32,000 nt of DNA from Pseudomonas aeruginosa (GTDB lineage: Bacteria; Pseudomonadota; Gammaproteobacteria; Pseudomonadales; Pseudomonadaceae), in NCBI RefSeq assembly GCF_001457615.1, contig NZ_LN831024.1, positions 5,520,001 through 5,552,000 on the forward strand, read 5' to 3'. Position numbers and translations under genes: made by a program. The stretch's first letter is position 1. Every line of letters starts with the position of its first letter. Below the pieces are notes generated by a model that searched no databases, was not told the DNA's origin, and saw nothing but the letters and a program-made list of their open reading frames with translations. Positions 1 to 8,737 of the stretch are shown here, one piece after another.

Positions 1-41
1 GCAATCCGTAGTCTGCCGGTATCCCGCAGCAGGAACCGGAA

Positions 42-854
42 ATGCTCACCATCGGCCAACTGGCGCGAATCTTCGAGATCTCCACCAAGACGCTTCGCCA
101 CTACGATGCCATCGGCCTGTTCGTCCCCGCGCGCACCGGTAGCGACAACGGCTACCGCTACTACCAGCCGGAACAGATCGAGCAGCTCTCGCGCATACTC
201 GCGCTGCGCCGGCTGGACGTTCCGCTGGAAGCCATCGACCGCCTGAAACGCGATGGCGCGCTGGACGACCCGCAACGCCTGCGGCATTTCCTGCAACGAC
301 ACCAGCACACCCTGCGCGAAGAGATCAGCGCCCGCCAGCGCCTGCTGGCGGAACTCGACCGAACCCTGGCGACGCTCGCCCACTGGAGGATCCGCAACAT
401 GCATGCACGAATCGTCGAACGTCCCGCCTTCAGCGTGGTGGGCATGGAATACTTCGGCAGCGCCCCCGGCGACACCATCGGCCAGCTCTGGGAACGCTTC
501 ATCCCGCGCGAGCACGAGATCGCCGGCAAGCACGATCCCGAGGTCTCCTATGGCATCTGCGCGCAGCAGCCCAACGGCGAATTCCACTACGTCGCCGGCT
601 TCGAGGTGCAGGAGGGCTGGCCGGTGCCGGAGGGCATGGTGCGCTTCCAGGTGCCGGCGCAGAAGTACGCGGTGTTCACCCACAAGGGCACGGCGCCGCA
701 GATCGCCGAGAGCTTCCAGGCGATCTACAGCCACCTGCTCGCCGAACGCGGCCTGGAGCCCAAGGCGGGGGTCGACTTCGAATACTACGACCAGCGTTTC
801 CGCGGACCGCTGGATCCGAACTCGCAAGTCGACCTGTATATCCCCATCTACTGA
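42..854 (+). CDS. brlR: MerR-family transcriptional regulator with C-terminal GyrI-like effector domain (BrlR-like, 270 aa)
   Basis: Protein starts MLTIGQLARIFEISTKTLRHYDAIGLFVPARTGSDNGYRYY, a classic MerR winged helix. The C-terminal half resembles an AraC/GyrI effector-binding domain. Length and neighbours fit P. aeruginosa BrlR. Confidence 0.9.
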   Translation: MLTIGQLARIFEISTKTLRHYDAIGLFVPARTGSDNGYRYYQPEQIEQLSRILALRRLDVPLEAIDRLKRDGALDDPQRLRHFLQRHQHTLREEISARQRLLAELDRTLATLAHWRIRNMHARIVERPAFSVVGMEYFGSAPGDTIGQLWERFIPREHEIAGKHDPEVSYGICAQQPNGEFHYVAGFEVQEGWPVPEGMVRFQVPAQKYAVFTHKGTAPQIAESFQAIYSHLLAERGLEPKAGVDFEYYDQRFRGPLDPNSQVDLYIPIY

Positions 855-855
855 A

Positions 856-2925
856 TCAGCGCTTGCCGGCCGGCACCTTGGCTGGCAAGCGCATGCGCTG
901 CAGCAGCGCGGTGCACTGGTTGTCGTCGCTTTTGCTCGGCGCCACCAGCGCCAGCAGGCTGGCCGCCGGGCCCACCGCCACGCCGAGGGCGATCATTCCC
1001 GCGCCGCGCGCCACCAGCGGCCCGGCGTGGACCCCGGCGTCGGGCTTGGCGAAGGTGCCGCGCACGTACAGCGGCGAGCGCAGCGAGAAGATCCGCAGGC
1101 CCTTGCTGTGCGGGGTGACATCGAGGTCGAGCTTCTCGTTGGCGAAGTTCACCGTGCCGTCGACGTTGACCAGCGCGTTCTCGGTGTCGAAGACGAACAG
1201 CCGGCTGGTCATCAGGCCCTTCTGCAGGCCGAAGTCGGCGGCCGCGCAGTTGATCTTCACCTCGTCGTCGCCGAACAGCTTGGTCACCAGGTAGTTTCCG
1301 ACATTGAGGCCGGCGATTTCGGTCAGGCCTTTGCTGATCGCACCGTCGTTGATCAGCATCTTCAGTTCGCCATCGGCGCCACCGAGGATCTTCGCCACCG
1401 AATTGCCGCTGCCGCTGAGACTGGCGTCGCCGTTCAGCTCGCCGAAGCTGGTCTGCATCGGCGCGAAGCCGGGGAACAACTGTTTCAGCTTGAAGCCCCG
1501 CGCGCTCATCTTCACTCGGCTCTGCATCGGCTGCTTGCCGCCGTCGAGGCGAATGTCCGACTCCAGCTTGCCGCCGGCCACGCCGAAGCGCAGGGGCTCC
1601 AGGCGCAGCAGGCCGTCGTTGAGCACCAGATGGGTATAGAGGTCGCTGATCGGCAACTGGTCGCTGTGGACGATACGCTTGCCGGTGAATTCCACGTCGG
1701 CGTCCATGTCGCGCCAGCGCTCGGTACGGAATTCCTCCACCGGCAGCACCTTGTCGCCCGGCTGGCGGCTGGTCTGCCCGCGCTTCTGTTTTTCGGCATT
1801 GCTGTCGGCGCCGATCAGCGGGCCGAGGTCGGCGAAGCGCAGTTGCTCGGAGGTCAGCTTGCCGGACAGCTTCGGCCTAGGCTGGCGAGCGACGAAGGTC
1901 AGGCTGCCGTGCAGGTCGCTGGCGCCGACCTTGCCGTTGAAGTTCTCGTAGCGGAACAGTGCGCCGCCCTCCTCCTTGAGCCGCGCCAGCAGGTGTCCGT
2001 CGGTGGAGTAGGCCGGAGTGTCCGGCAGGGTGATGCCGGTCAGCGGATAGAGATTGGCCATGCTGGTCCCGGACAGCTTCAGGCGCAGGTCGAGGGCGCC
2101 GAGGTTGAGCGGGTCGGTCAGGGTGCCGACCACCGCGGCACGGGTGCTGCCGGCACTGACCTCGGCCTGTAGCGGGAAGGGCTTGCTCGCATCCTGCAAC
2201 GCCAGCATCCCGCCGACCTTGCCCGAGCCGGCCAGAGCCTGGCCCTTGTAGGTGCCCTTGACCTTCCAGCCGAACACATAGTCCTGGGCGTTCGCCGCAT
2301 CGCCCGTGGCCAGCGCCTTGCCGGCCAACTGACCGAACGGCACCGGCTTGCCGAGCGGGTCGACCAGCACTTCCAGACGGGTCTTCAAACGCTGGTCGTC
2401 GAGGCTGACGCTACCCTTGTCGAAACCGATCTCGCGGATGTCCAGTTGCCAGGCGGACGGCTCGTCGCTGTCGCTGGCAGGCAGGTCGAAATCCCAATTG
2501 GCGCGGCCGTCGGCCAGGCGCAGGAGCTCGGCGCGCGGCTGGGTCAGCTTGATCTGTGGAATGCGGATGGTCTGCCAGAGCAACGGCAACGGCGCGAGGC
2601 GGAATTCGATGCGTTCCAGGCTGGCGAACTCGCTCGCCTTGGTCTTGCCCGCCGTCCACTCCGGGTTGCCGAGGGTGATGTCCTCGGCGCTGAAGCGCGG
2701 CCAGGGGATCCAGGCGCGCCAGCCTTCCTCGCCCTCCTCGCGGCGCCAGGCCACGGCGAGGTTGCCGTTGATGGCGAACGGGCGGTTCAGCGCCGCCGAG
2801 ACCTTTTCGTTGAGGGTGGGCTTGATCAGGTTCCAGTCGAAGGTGGCGATGAACACCACCAACGCCGCCAGCAGCAGGACCAGGCTGGCGAGGCTCCAGG
2901 TCAGGATCTTTCGGCCGCGCGTCAT
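856..2925 (-). CDS. AsmA family protein (689 aa)
   Basis: N-terminal membrane anchor MTRGRKILTWSLASLVLLLAALVVFIATFDWNLIKPTLNEKVSAALNRPFAINGNL and AsmA-like C-terminus. The ATG at 2925 is preceded by AAGGAG on the minus strand. The ORF track starts at an upstream TTG (2931). Confidence 0.85.
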   Translation of the reverse strand: MTRGRKILTWSLASLVLLLAALVVFIATFDWNLIKPTLNEKVSAALNRPFAINGNLAVAWRREEGEEGWRAWIPWPRFSAEDITLGNPEWTAGKTKASEFASLERIEFRLAPLPLLWQTIRIPQIKLTQPRAELLRLADGRANWDFDLPASDSDEPSAWQLDIREIGFDKGSVSLDDQRLKTRLEVLVDPLGKPVPFGQLAGKALATGDAANAQDYVFGWKVKGTYKGQALAGSGKVGGMLALQDASKPFPLQAEVSAGSTRAAVVGTLTDPLNLGALDLRLKLSGTSMANLYPLTGITLPDTPAYSTDGHLLARLKEEGGALFRYENFNGKVGASDLHGSLTFVARQPRPKLSGKLTSEQLRFADLGPLIGADSNAEKQKRGQTSRQPGDKVLPVEEFRTERWRDMDADVEFTGKRIVHSDQLPISDLYTHLVLNDGLLRLEPLRFGVAGGKLESDIRLDGGKQPMQSRVKMSARGFKLKQLFPGFAPMQTSFGELNGDASLSGSGNSVAKILGGADGELKMLINDGAISKGLTEIAGLNVGNYLVTKLFGDDEVKINCAAADFGLQKGLMTSRLFVFDTENALVNVDGTVNFANEKLDLDVTPHSKGLRIFSLRSPLYVRGTFAKPDAGVHAGPLVARGAGMIALGVAVGPAASLLALVAPSKSDDNQCTALLQRMRLPAKVPAGKR

Positions 2926-3113
2926 GCACAACTCCTTTTCGCCGCGTCGGTTGTCGGGCAGGCGCGGCAGCGCGCCTCGCTCAGCCCGTCAGTGTGCAGG
3001 CTGGCCCATGGACTCGCCAGCGCGAATACGCCGGCCCGTTCCGTTAGGACCGGCGAAACGCCGGCATTGCTCCCCGTCCCACGCATTTCAGGCAAAAGGC
3101 CAGTTCGGCGGCG

Positions 3114-3135
3114 GGTCGATAAAACTTTTTCGACC
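3114..3135. promoter_or_regulatory. Inverted repeat GGTCGA-N10-TCGACC in the divergent asmA-like / ferritin-like intergenic region
   Basis: Direct reading: ggtcga taaaactttt tcgacc. Possible operator; no matching regulator family recognised. Confidence 0.35.
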
Positions 3136-3164
3136 GCGTGGGACTCACACCTTAGGTAAGCAGA

Positions 3165-3192
3165 AAAAGCCGGCCGCAGAGCCGGCCCTTTT
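3165..3192 (+). promoter_or_regulatory. Terminator-like hairpin in the leader of the ferritin-like gene (possible attenuator)
   Basis: AAAAA-GCCGGC-CGCAGA-GCCGGC-CC-TTTT, about 30 bp upstream of the ATG at 3221. Confidence 0.4.
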
Positions 3193-3220
3193 CACCGGAT
3201 CAGCCTCAAGGAGAAAACCG

Positions 3221-3754
3221 ATGACCACCGTTCAACTGACGGACGTCCAGACCCTTCGCGACCGTGCCCGCAAGAACATCCAGGAAGGCGCGGTCACCGA
3301 AGGCTATTCGGCCGATCGCCAGACCGTCCTGCGCCTGCTCAACGAAGCGCTCGCCACCGAGCTGGTCTGCTTCCTGCGCTACAAGCGCCACTACTTCATG
3401 GCCACCGGCCTTAAGGCGAGCATCGCCGCCGCCGAGTTCCTCGAGCACGCCAACCAGGAAATGCAGCATGCCGACCAGTTGGCCGAGCGCATCATGCAAC
3501 TGGGCGGCGAGCCGGACTTCAATCCGCGCGGCCTGGAGGAGCGCTCCCATGCCGAATACGTCGAAGGCAAGACCCTGAAGGACATGGTCACCGAGAACCT
3601 GATCGCCGAGCGCATCGCCATCGACAGCTATCGCGAGATCATCACCTACCTCGGTAACGACGACCCCACCACCCGACGCATTTTCGAGGAAATCCTGGCC
3701 CAGGAAGAAGAACACGCGGACGACATGGCCGACATCCTCGACGACCTCGCCTGA
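3221..3754 (+). CDS. Ferritin-like / bacterioferritin-type diiron protein (177 aa)
   Basis: MTTVQLTDVQTLRDRARKNIQEGAV... with ferritin-fold motifs LNEALATELVCFLRYKRHYF, EFLEHANQEMQHADQLAERI and EEILAQEEEHADDMAD. AAGGAG Shine-Dalgarno upstream. The listed ORF (2348..3754) over-extends at its N-terminus. Confidence 0.88.
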   Translation: MTTVQLTDVQTLRDRARKNIQEGAVTEGYSADRQTVLRLLNEALATELVCFLRYKRHYFMATGLKASIAAAEFLEHANQEMQHADQLAERIMQLGGEPDFNPRGLEERSHAEYVEGKTLKDMVTENLIAERIAIDSYREIITYLGNDDPTTRRIFEEILAQEEEHADDMADILDDLA

Positions 3755-3776
3755 CTCCAGAGCAAGACCCGTCCGA

Positions 3777-3808
3777 GAGCCGGCGCCCGCAGCGCCGGCT
3801 TTTCTTTT
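3777..3808 (+). terminator. Rho-independent terminator of the ferritin-like gene
   Basis: GAGCCGGCGC-CCGCA-GCGCCGGC followed by TTTTCTTTT, 25 bp after the stop codon. Confidence 0.85.
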
Positions 3809-4029
3809 CGCCTTATTTATCCAATTTATCGATTAAATAGAGAAAAGCTAACTATCCTTTAAGAAATCTTCGACATCACAAAAATAATCAACTAACTTAC
3901 TGATAAATAATAAGAAAATGCATAATCACCCATATCGATAGACACTATCATCGCACTTCGTTTTTAAATCGACTTATCCGAACTGAAAATGACTCCAACG
4001 CAATCGACAACCCACTCGGAGTCACCGTC

Positions 4030-4371
4030 ATGAAAGCTTCCCTGATCCTCGGCCTCGCCCTCGCCACCCTGACCGCCAACGCCGCCTTCGCCGCCGACGG
4101 CTCCAGCCGCACCATCGACCGGCTGCACCAGGACATGTCCAGCGTCGAACTGCGCATCGCCGACAACGGCAGCGAGCAGACCATCGACCGCCTGCACAAG
4201 GACATGACCAAAGCCGAAGCCCGCCTGGCCGACAACGGCAGCGAGCAGACCGTCGACCGCCTGCACAAGGACATGACCAAGGCCGAAGCCCGCCTGGCCG
4301 ACAACGGCAGCGAACAGACCGTGGACCGCCTGCATCGCAGCATGAGCCGTTTCGACCTGCGCACCGCCTGA
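4030..4371 (+). CDS. Small secreted/periplasmic repeat protein (113 aa)
   Basis: Signal peptide MKASLILGLALATLTANAAFA, then one 22-aa and three 23-aa units of the form DNGSEQTxDRLHKDMTKAEARLA. GGAG Shine-Dalgarno upstream and a terminator downstream. Confidence 0.85.
   Translation: MKASLILGLALATLTANAAFAADGSSRTIDRLHQDMSSVELRIADNGSEQTIDRLHKDMTKAEARLADNGSEQTVDRLHKDMTKAEARLADNGSEQTVDRLHRSMSRFDLRTA
4096..4368 (+). repeat. In-frame tandem repeat, four units: 4096-4161 (66 nt, diverged), 4162-4230, 4231-4299, 4300-4368 (69 nt each)
   Basis: Translations: DGSSRTIDRLHQDMSSVELRIA / DNGSEQTIDRLHKDMTKAEARLA / DNGSEQTVDRLHKDMTKAEARLA / DNGSEQTVDRLHRSMSRFDLRTA. Confidence 0.92.
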
Positions 4372-4398
4372 CCGCTCGCTACGCCGCAAGGCGCGAGA

Positions 4399-4435
4399 AA
4401 AGCCCGGCTCGATGCCGGGCTTTCCTATTTTCCCA
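4399..4435. terminator. Bidirectional intrinsic terminator between convergent genes
   Basis: AAAAGCCCGGC-TCGAT-GCCGGGCTTT followed by CCTATTTT, with A-tract and T-tract on opposite sides. Confidence 0.8.
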
Positions 4436-4484
4436 TCCCTGTCGCGCTGGGCGCATGGCCCGAGGCAAGCCGCACTCTCCCGCC

Positions 4485-5252
4485 TCAGACTCCGCTGAAC
4501 CAGTTGTAGCCCTGGTCCTCCCAGTAACCTCCGGGATTGCTGTTGCTGACGAAGATCTCCACCACGTGCTTGGCGTTCTTGAAGCCGAGCTTGGTGGGAA
4601 TCCGCAGGCGCAGCGGATAGCCGTTCTCCTCCGGCAGCGCCTGCCCGGACATCTCCAGCGCCAGCAGGGTCTGCGGATGCAGCGCGCTGGGCATGTCGAG
4701 GCTGGAGTAGTAGCGGTCGGCGCACTTGAAGCCAACGTACTTCGCCGAGGTGTCGGCGCCGACCAGCTCCAGGAAGGTGCGCAGCGGCACTCCGCTCCAC
4801 TGGCCGATCGCGCTCCAGCCCTCGATGCAGATCAGTTGCGTGACCTGGCTGGCCTGCGGCAGCCGGCGCAGTTGCTCCAGGCTCCAGGGGCGCTTGTCGC
4901 GGACCCGCCCGGAAACCTGCAGGCGGTATTCCGGCAGGTCGATCTCCGGCACGTTGTAGGCCGGGTAGAACGCGTTGAAGGGGAACGGCGAGGCCACCTG
5001 CGACGGATCGAAGGTCGGCGCCAGCCGCGTACGGCTGAACAGCCAGGCCTGGACCCGGTCGTTCCAGCGCGACATGGCCCAGAGTACCTTGTCGACCGAA
5101 TCGCCATCCTGTAGCCGGCACCCCGAGAGCATCGCCAGGGCGCCCAGGGACAGGCCGCCGCGCAACAGCAGGCGGCGTTGCAAATCGACCATCTGCCGCT
5201 CGCTGGACGGGTCGACCGCGATCTTCGCGCGCTTCTTCTCCGGCCCCTTCAT
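4485..5252 (-). CDS. Molybdopterin-dependent oxidoreductase of the sulfite oxidase / MsrP-like family, probable Tat-exported lipoprotein (255 aa)
   Basis: Twin-arginine plus lipobox RRLLLRGGLSLGALAMLSGC. Family motifs include QLICIEGWSAIGQWSGVPLRTFLELVG and YVGFKCADRYYSSLDMPSALHPQTLLAL. The ATG at 5252 overlaps the TGA of the upstream gene (ATGA). Confidence 0.88.
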   Translation of the reverse strand: MKGPEKKRAKIAVDPSSERQMVDLQRRLLLRGGLSLGALAMLSGCRLQDGDSVDKVLWAMSRWNDRVQAWLFSRTRLAPTFDPSQVASPFPFNAFYPAYNVPEIDLPEYRLQVSGRVRDKRPWSLEQLRRLPQASQVTQLICIEGWSAIGQWSGVPLRTFLELVGADTSAKYVGFKCADRYYSSLDMPSALHPQTLLALEMSGQALPEENGYPLRLRIPTKLGFKNAKHVVEIFVSNSNPGGYWEDQGYNWFSGV

Positions 5253-5863
5253 CCTTCGCTCCTCCGTCCGCGCCGCCACTCGCGTCCGATGATCATCGGC
5301 AGCAGGGTGCGCGGCACCAACAGCACCAGCAGCAGGTGCACGACGACGAACCCGACGACCCCGGCCATGGCCAGGAAATGCACCCAGCGCGCACCCTGGA
5401 AGCCACCGAACAGCGCGGTCAGCCCGTGCAGTTGCACCGGTTTCCAGATCGCCAGCCCGGACAGCACCAGCAGCGCACCGAGCCCCAGGACCAGCCAGTA
5501 CAGCAGGCGCTGCACCGCGTTGTAGCGGCCCGGCTCATGGACCAGGCGCAGGCCGAGGGCGAGGCGCAGGTCGCGCCAGACGCCGGCCGCGCTCAAAGGC
5601 AGGAAGTCGCGACGAAAATGCCCGCTGGACAGTCCGTGGGCGAGGTAGCACAGGCCGTTGCCGAGCAGCAGCCACATGGCGGCGAGATGCCAGGCGATGG
5701 AACCGCCGAGCCAGCCGCCGAGGGTCGCCCAGGCGGGAAAACGGAAATCCAGCAGCGGCGAAGCGTTGTAGATGCCCCAGCCGCTGCCGATCAGGCAGGC
5801 CATGGCATAGGCATTGAGCCAGTGGCAGAGTCTCACCGGCCAGGCGTGCAACGCACGGTTCAT
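5249..5863 (-). CDS. Cytochrome b561-family di-heme membrane protein (204 aa)
   Basis: MNRALHAWPVRLCHWLNAYAMACLIGSGWGIYN... with multiple hydrophobic helices and spaced histidines (CHWLNA, RWVHFLAMAG, VVVHLLLVLLV). The ORF track over-extends the N-terminus to 6685. Confidence 0.87.
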   Translation of the reverse strand: MNRALHAWPVRLCHWLNAYAMACLIGSGWGIYNASPLLDFRFPAWATLGGWLGGSIAWHLAAMWLLLGNGLCYLAHGLSSGHFRRDFLPLSAAGVWRDLRLALGLRLVHEPGRYNAVQRLLYWLVLGLGALLVLSGLAIWKPVQLHGLTALFGGFQGARWVHFLAMAGVVGFVVVHLLLVLLVPRTLLPMIIGREWRRGRRSEG

Positions 5864-5916
5864 GGCTTTTCTCCAAGGAAACCCGGCCGGGACGGACGCG
5901 CCGTCCCGGCGAAACC

Positions 5917-6540
5917 TCACATCGGCGGGGTCACGCCGTCCTTGCCGACCGAGATGGCCAGGGCGGTGAGGCTGCCGTCGGCGCCCTTCTGCGGGAACAG
6001 CACGACCTTGGCGCCACGCTTGAGCAGGCTGCGCTCGCCCGGCTCCAGGCTGACGATGGGCACGTCGTCCGGCACCACCACGGTCTTCTCGCCATCGCCG
6101 TATTTCACGGTCATGCGCCGGCCCTGGCTGACCACCAGGTTGCCGACCGTACCGTTGGTCATGGTCGAGGCGCTGCCATCGGCATTCTCCCAGGGCCGGT
6201 GGCCTTCGCCGCTGCCGCGCAGGCTGGGGGCGAAGACATGCACCTCGAGGGCCTTCAGGGTGCCGTCGGGCTGCGGCACGGCGGCGGTGCCGATGAAGCT
6301 GTCGGGCTGGATGTCCTCCGGCTTCGCCAGCGACACGGCGCGGATCGCGGTCTTGTCGGTGAGCCTGACCGTCAGTTGCTGGCCGTTGCGGGCCTTCAGT
6401 TGCAGGTGGTCGTCGGCGGCCTGCTGGATGGTGCCGCGCAGCGGCTGCAGCATGCCCGCAGGCGGTTGCGCGGCGAAGCTGGCGGCACTGGCCAGGAGCA
6501 GGCCGAAGAACAGCGCGGGGGAAGCCTTGAGTCGAAGCAT
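5917..6540 (-). CDS. Exported protein of unknown function, possibly DUF5666-like (207 aa)
   Basis: MLRLKASPALFFGLLLASAASFAAQPPAG signal peptide, then a beta-rich repeated core (LRGTIQQAADDHLQLKARNGQQLTVRLTD / TVGNLVVSQGRRMTVKYGDGEKTVVVP). Co-directional with the b561 and oxidoreductase genes. Confidence 0.75.
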   Translation of the reverse strand: MLRLKASPALFFGLLLASAASFAAQPPAGMLQPLRGTIQQAADDHLQLKARNGQQLTVRLTDKTAIRAVSLAKPEDIQPDSFIGTAAVPQPDGTLKALEVHVFAPSLRGSGEGHRPWENADGSASTMTNGTVGNLVVSQGRRMTVKYGDGEKTVVVPDDVPIVSLEPGERSLLKRGAKVVLFPQKGADGSLTALAISVGKDGVTPPM

Positions 6541-6610
6541 CGGTCGATCCTCGGTGGGGTTGAGCCTCGATGGTCGCCCCGCCGGCGGTACCCGGAGATG
6601 ACTTTCGCAT

Positions 6611-6624
6611 GACAAAAATGTCAC
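6611..6624. promoter_or_regulatory. Putative CusR/CopR/HprR-family response-regulator box
   Basis: Perfect inverted repeat TGACA-AAAA-TGTCA in the divergent promoter region between the exported-protein gene and irlR. Confidence 0.55.
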
Positions 6625-6677
6625 CGAATCCGCGCCGCGCGCTGGCTAGAATGGCGGCGAACGAGGGGGAACGAGAC

Positions 6678-7367
6678 ATGCGCATCCTGGTGATCGAAGA
6701 CGATACGAAGACCGGCGAGTACCTGAAGAAGGGCCTCGGCGAGTCGGGCTATGCGGTCGACTGGTCGCAGCACGGCGCCGACGGTCTCTACCTGGCGCTG
6801 GAGAACCGCTACGACCTGGTGGTCCTCGACGTGATGCTGCCCGGCCTGGACGGTTGGCAGATCATGGAAGTGCTGCGCAAGAAGCACGATGTGCCGGTGC
6901 TCTTCCTCACCGCCCGCGACCAGCTGCAAGACCGTATCCGCGGCCTCGAACTGGGTGCCGACGACTACCTGGTGAAACCCTTCTCCTTCACCGAGTTGCT
7001 GCTGCGTATCCGTACCCTGCTGCGCCGCGGCGTGGTCCGCGAGGCAGAGCAGGTGCAACTGGCCGATCTGCAGCTGGACGTGCTGCGGCGCAAGGTCAGC
7101 CGCCAGGGGCAGGTGATCGCCCTGACCAACAAGGAGTTCGCCCTCCTGCACCTGCTGATGCGCCGCGAGGGCGAGGTGCTGTCGCGCACCCTGATCGCCT
7201 CGGAGGTCTGGGACATGAACTTCGACAGCGACACCAACGTCGTCGACGTGGCGATCAAGCGCCTGCGCGCCAAGGTCGACAATCCCTTCCCGAACAAGCT
7301 GATCCATACCGTGCGCGGCATCGGTTACGTCTGCGAGGAGCGCCCGTGCCCGCCCGCCGCTCCCTGA
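6678..7367 (+). CDS. irlR: OmpR/CusR-family heavy-metal-type response regulator (229 aa)
   Basis: [41 protein letters not shown]... with receiver motifs [14 protein letters not shown] and K (VKPFSF), and an OmpR-type wHTH DNA-binding domain. Confidence 0.9.
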   Translation: MRILVIEDDTKTGEYLKKGLGESGYAVDWSQHGADGLYLALENRYDLVVLDVMLPGLDGWQIMEVLRKKHDVPVLFLTARDQLQDRIRGLELGADDYLVKPFSFTELLLRIRTLLRRGVVREAEQVQLADLQLDVLRRKVSRQGQVIALTNKEFALLHLLMRREGEVLSRTLIASEVWDMNFDSDTNVVDVAIKRLRAKVDNPFPNKLIHTVRGIGYVCEERPCPPAAP

Positions 7368-8737
7368 CCCTCTACGCGGCGCTGCTGTTCGCCGCGGTGG
7401 CGGCGCTGGTGGTCAGCGCGGTCGGCTTCTACCTGTACCGCTCGGTGGAAGAGGCGATGCTGCGGCGCAGCGACGTGATGGTCGCCGGCCGGGTCGAGCA
7501 CTTCCGCAACCTGCTGCGCGACAACCTCACCCTGGCCGAGCTGAAGGCGCGCCCGCGTCTGTTCGAGAACATGCTCGGCAACGAGCAGGACATCCTGCTC
7601 CTCGGTCAGCCCGGCGAGGCGCCGATCGTCGCGGTCAACCCGCGCCACGAACGCCTGCCGTCGCTACGGGTGGTCGCCGCCGGCCAGGCGTTGAATCCGT
7701 CCGTCGTGCACGCCGCGCTGACCCACGACGGCATCCCGATGCGCGTGCTCGCCGCCGAGGTCCTGGTCGGCGGCCGCGAGCCGTTGCAGATCACCGCCGC
7801 GCACCTGCTGCTGGGCGAGACGCGGATGCTCGCCCAGTACCGCGACCGGGTCATCGCCGCCGTGCTGCTGGCGTTCCTCGGCACCGCCCTGCTCGGCTGG
7901 CTGGTCCTGCGCCACGGCCTGCGCCCGCTGCGCACGCTGGCGGCGAAGGCGGCGGAGATCCATCCGACCAGCCTGGATACCCGCCTCGACGTCGCCGCCG
8001 CGCCTGCCGAGTTGCAGCAGGTGGCACAGTCGTTCAACGCCATGCTCGAACGCCTCGACGACGGCTACCAGCGCCTGCAGCAGTTCTCCGCCGACCTCGC
8101 CCATGAGATCCGCACGCCCATCGGTTCGCTGATGGGCCACGGCCAGGTGGCCCTGCGCCAGCCGCGCAGCAACGAGGAGTACCAGGCGCTGATCGCCTCC
8201 AACCAGGAAGAGCTGGAGCGCATCGCGCGGATGGTCGAGAGCATCCTGTTCCTCGCTCGCGCCGACGACGTGCGGGCAGCGGTGGAGCGCAGCCGCCTGG
8301 ACCTGGGCGAAGAACTGCGGCGCCAGGCGGAGTATTTCGAAGGGCTGGCCGAGGAACGTGGGCTGAGCCTCGACATCCAGGTCAGCGGCCAGCTACGCGC
8401 CGATCCGCAACTGTTCCGCCGGGCGCTGAGCAACCTGCTGGCCAACGCCATCCGCTACGCCAGCGCCGACAGCCTGATCGAAGTGCGCGGCCTGCGCCGC
8501 TCGGGGGAATTCCTGCTGAGCGTGGAGAACGCCTGCGACAGGCTGCCGGCCGAGCCGCTGTCGCGCCTGTTCGACCGCTTCTACCGTGGCGACGCCGCGC
8601 GCAGCGACGCCCAGTCCAGCGGTCTCGGCCTGGCCATCGCCCAGGCGATCATGCGCCTGCACGGCGGCCGCGCCGAAGCGAGTGCACCGGCTCCGGGACG
8701 CATCCGCTTCGACCTGGCGTTCCCGGCTCAGGACTGA
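7346..8737 (+). CDS. Heavy-metal-type sensor histidine kinase (463 aa, GTG start)
   Basis: [27 protein letters not shown] transmembrane segment, periplasmic domain, HAMP, H-box [19 protein letters not shown] and HATPase region ([19 protein letters not shown]). The GTG at 7346 overlaps the irlR stop. Confidence 0.88.
   Translation: MPARRSLTLYAALLFAAVAALVVSAVGFYLYRSVEEAMLRRSDVMVAGRVEHFRNLLRDNLTLAELKARPRLFENMLGNEQDILLLGQPGEAPIVAVNPRHERLPSLRVVAAGQALNPSVVHAALTHDGIPMRVLAAEVLVGGREPLQITAAHLLLGETRMLAQYRDRVIAAVLLAFLGTALLGWLVLRHGLRPLRTLAAKAAEIHPTSLDTRLDVAAAPAELQQVAQSFNAMLERLDDGYQRLQQFSADLAHEIRTPIGSLMGHGQVALRQPRSNEEYQALIASNQEELERIARMVESILFLARADDVRAAVERSRLDLGEELRRQAEYFEGLAEERGLSLDIQVSGQLRADPQLFRRALSNLLANAIRYASADSLIEVRGLRRSGEFLLSVENACDRLPAEPLSRLFDRFYRGDAARSDAQSSGLGLAIAQAIMRLHGGRAEASAPAPGRIRFDLAFPAQD

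Noticed and set aside
253-2172. 639-aa plus-strand ORF and other long ORFs overlapping brlR and the asmA-like gene
   Set aside because: Compositionally biased shadow translation; the overlapping minus-strand AsmA protein and the plus-strand MerR protein have real family signatures.
4096-4368. Possible CRISPR-like direct repeats
   Set aside because: Repeats are contiguous, in frame, 69 nt long and without unique spacers; they encode protein repeats.
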